Shown piece after piece: positions 63,370-64,000 of a DNA stretch of 64,000 nucleotides (position 1 is its first letter; each line of letters starts with the position of its first letter). A program made the position numbers and the translations under genes. The stretch is from a virus. The notes below the pieces were generated by a model, which worked only from the letters and a program-made list of their open reading frames with translations, made no database searches and was not told the DNA's origin. The DNA is taken from positions 32,001 through 96,000 of IMG/VR virus record IMGVR_UViG_3300018411_000639; one strand, 5' to 3'.

Positions 63370-64000
63370 TTATTGTGTGATGTTGATAGAACGTTCTGCT
63401 TGAGGGTAACCTTTCGCCATGGAAATGTTTCTACCTACACAGATTGCGCGTCCTTCGTTGTAAGTACCGAAGCCGTAACGTTCGATGACTTTCAGGTTAC
63501 GCAAGTCGCGTGATGGGTCACGGAACTCTTCAGTTGTCAGGTCATCTTTCACGATGTTTACGCCGACGTTGTTTGCATCTACAGAGAAGATGTCGAATGT
63601 TTTGTTCACTTTGTCGATTGGTGCGAATGGTGACAAGTTAACGTTGAATCCGAATGGAATACGTCCTTGGATGCTTTCTGGTCCCAATTTGAATTGAGCA
63701 TTCGGCATGTCGCGTTTTGCTTCGCGATCGAAAGGAGCGCTTAAAGCACCAGTTAGGCCATTCTTGGCGAATGTCGTCCAAGCAAGTGGATGCATTACCA
63801 AATCTGTGGGAGTGTACTCGTTGTTGTAGACTGCGATCAGCAAGTCCAACAAGTCGTCGATTGACATTGTGTCATTCAAGTTATTGTAGAAATCGACACC
63901 AGTCGTTCCTGCATCCTTGAAGCGGATTGGGTCTTGTTTGCGCAAGTTGTTATCGAAGACAACCCATCCATGAGTCAAGAACTCGTTGAAGGCTTTTTGT
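63370..64000 (-). CDS. Major capsid protein, 3' part (frame open to the window edge)
   Basis: PTDLVMHPLAW, FNVNLSPFAP, RDLRNLKVIERYGFG HK97-fold-like C-terminal pattern; upstream of the head/tail genes; no stop codon up to 64000. Confidence 0.75.
   Translation of the reverse strand, partial: QKAFNEFLTHGWVVFDNNLRKQDPIRFKDAGTTGVDFYNNLNDTMSIDDLLDLLIAVYNNEYTPTDLVMHPLAWTTFAKNGLTGALSAPFDREAKRDMPNAQFKLGPESIQGRIPFGFNVNLSPFAPIDKVNKTFDIFSVDANNVGVNIVKDDLTTEEFRDPSRDLRNLKVIERYGFGTYNEGRAICVGRNISMAKGYPQAERSINITQ

Overview
The whole window is one minus-strand virion-morphogenesis cluster of a large contractile-tailed (myovirus-type) phage, probably infecting a Bacillota host (strong GGAGG/GAGGTG ribosome-binding sites, sigmaA-type promoters, peptidoglycan-binding/SH3b/NlpC-P60 domains). 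Reading right to left in the direction of transcription: the 3' part of the major capsid gene; ~27 kb of Ig-like, fibre and decoration genes; neck/adaptor genes; two tail-sheath paralogues; a tail tube plus tube-like paralogues; two chaperone paralogues; three giant genes (1910, 3024 and 1756 aa); then baseplate genes. No host genes, tRNAs, CRISPR arrays or mobile elements were recognised. Main finding 1: the 3024-aa protein at the tape-measure position carries, in the correct order, motifs of both halves of a two-barrel RNA polymerase (beta-like QMQ, GDxxG and K-x7-K; beta'-like GRMPFSG, RDP and NADVDGD). It is fused to an N-terminal DEDDh exonuclease and a Rho_N-like module and sits next to a RecB-type/SNase-like giant and a dual murein hydrolase hub, which suggests an injected virion transcription/nuclease payload. 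Main finding 2: a 16-bp quasi-palindrome, GTGTCGGAATTGACAC, occurs at 6 sites with an identical 13-bp core plus 2 variants. All are co-oriented, they are conserved across two reading frames, and one overlaps the -35 box of a sigmaA-type promoter. All functional calls come from visual motif recognition and gene order; no database searches were run.
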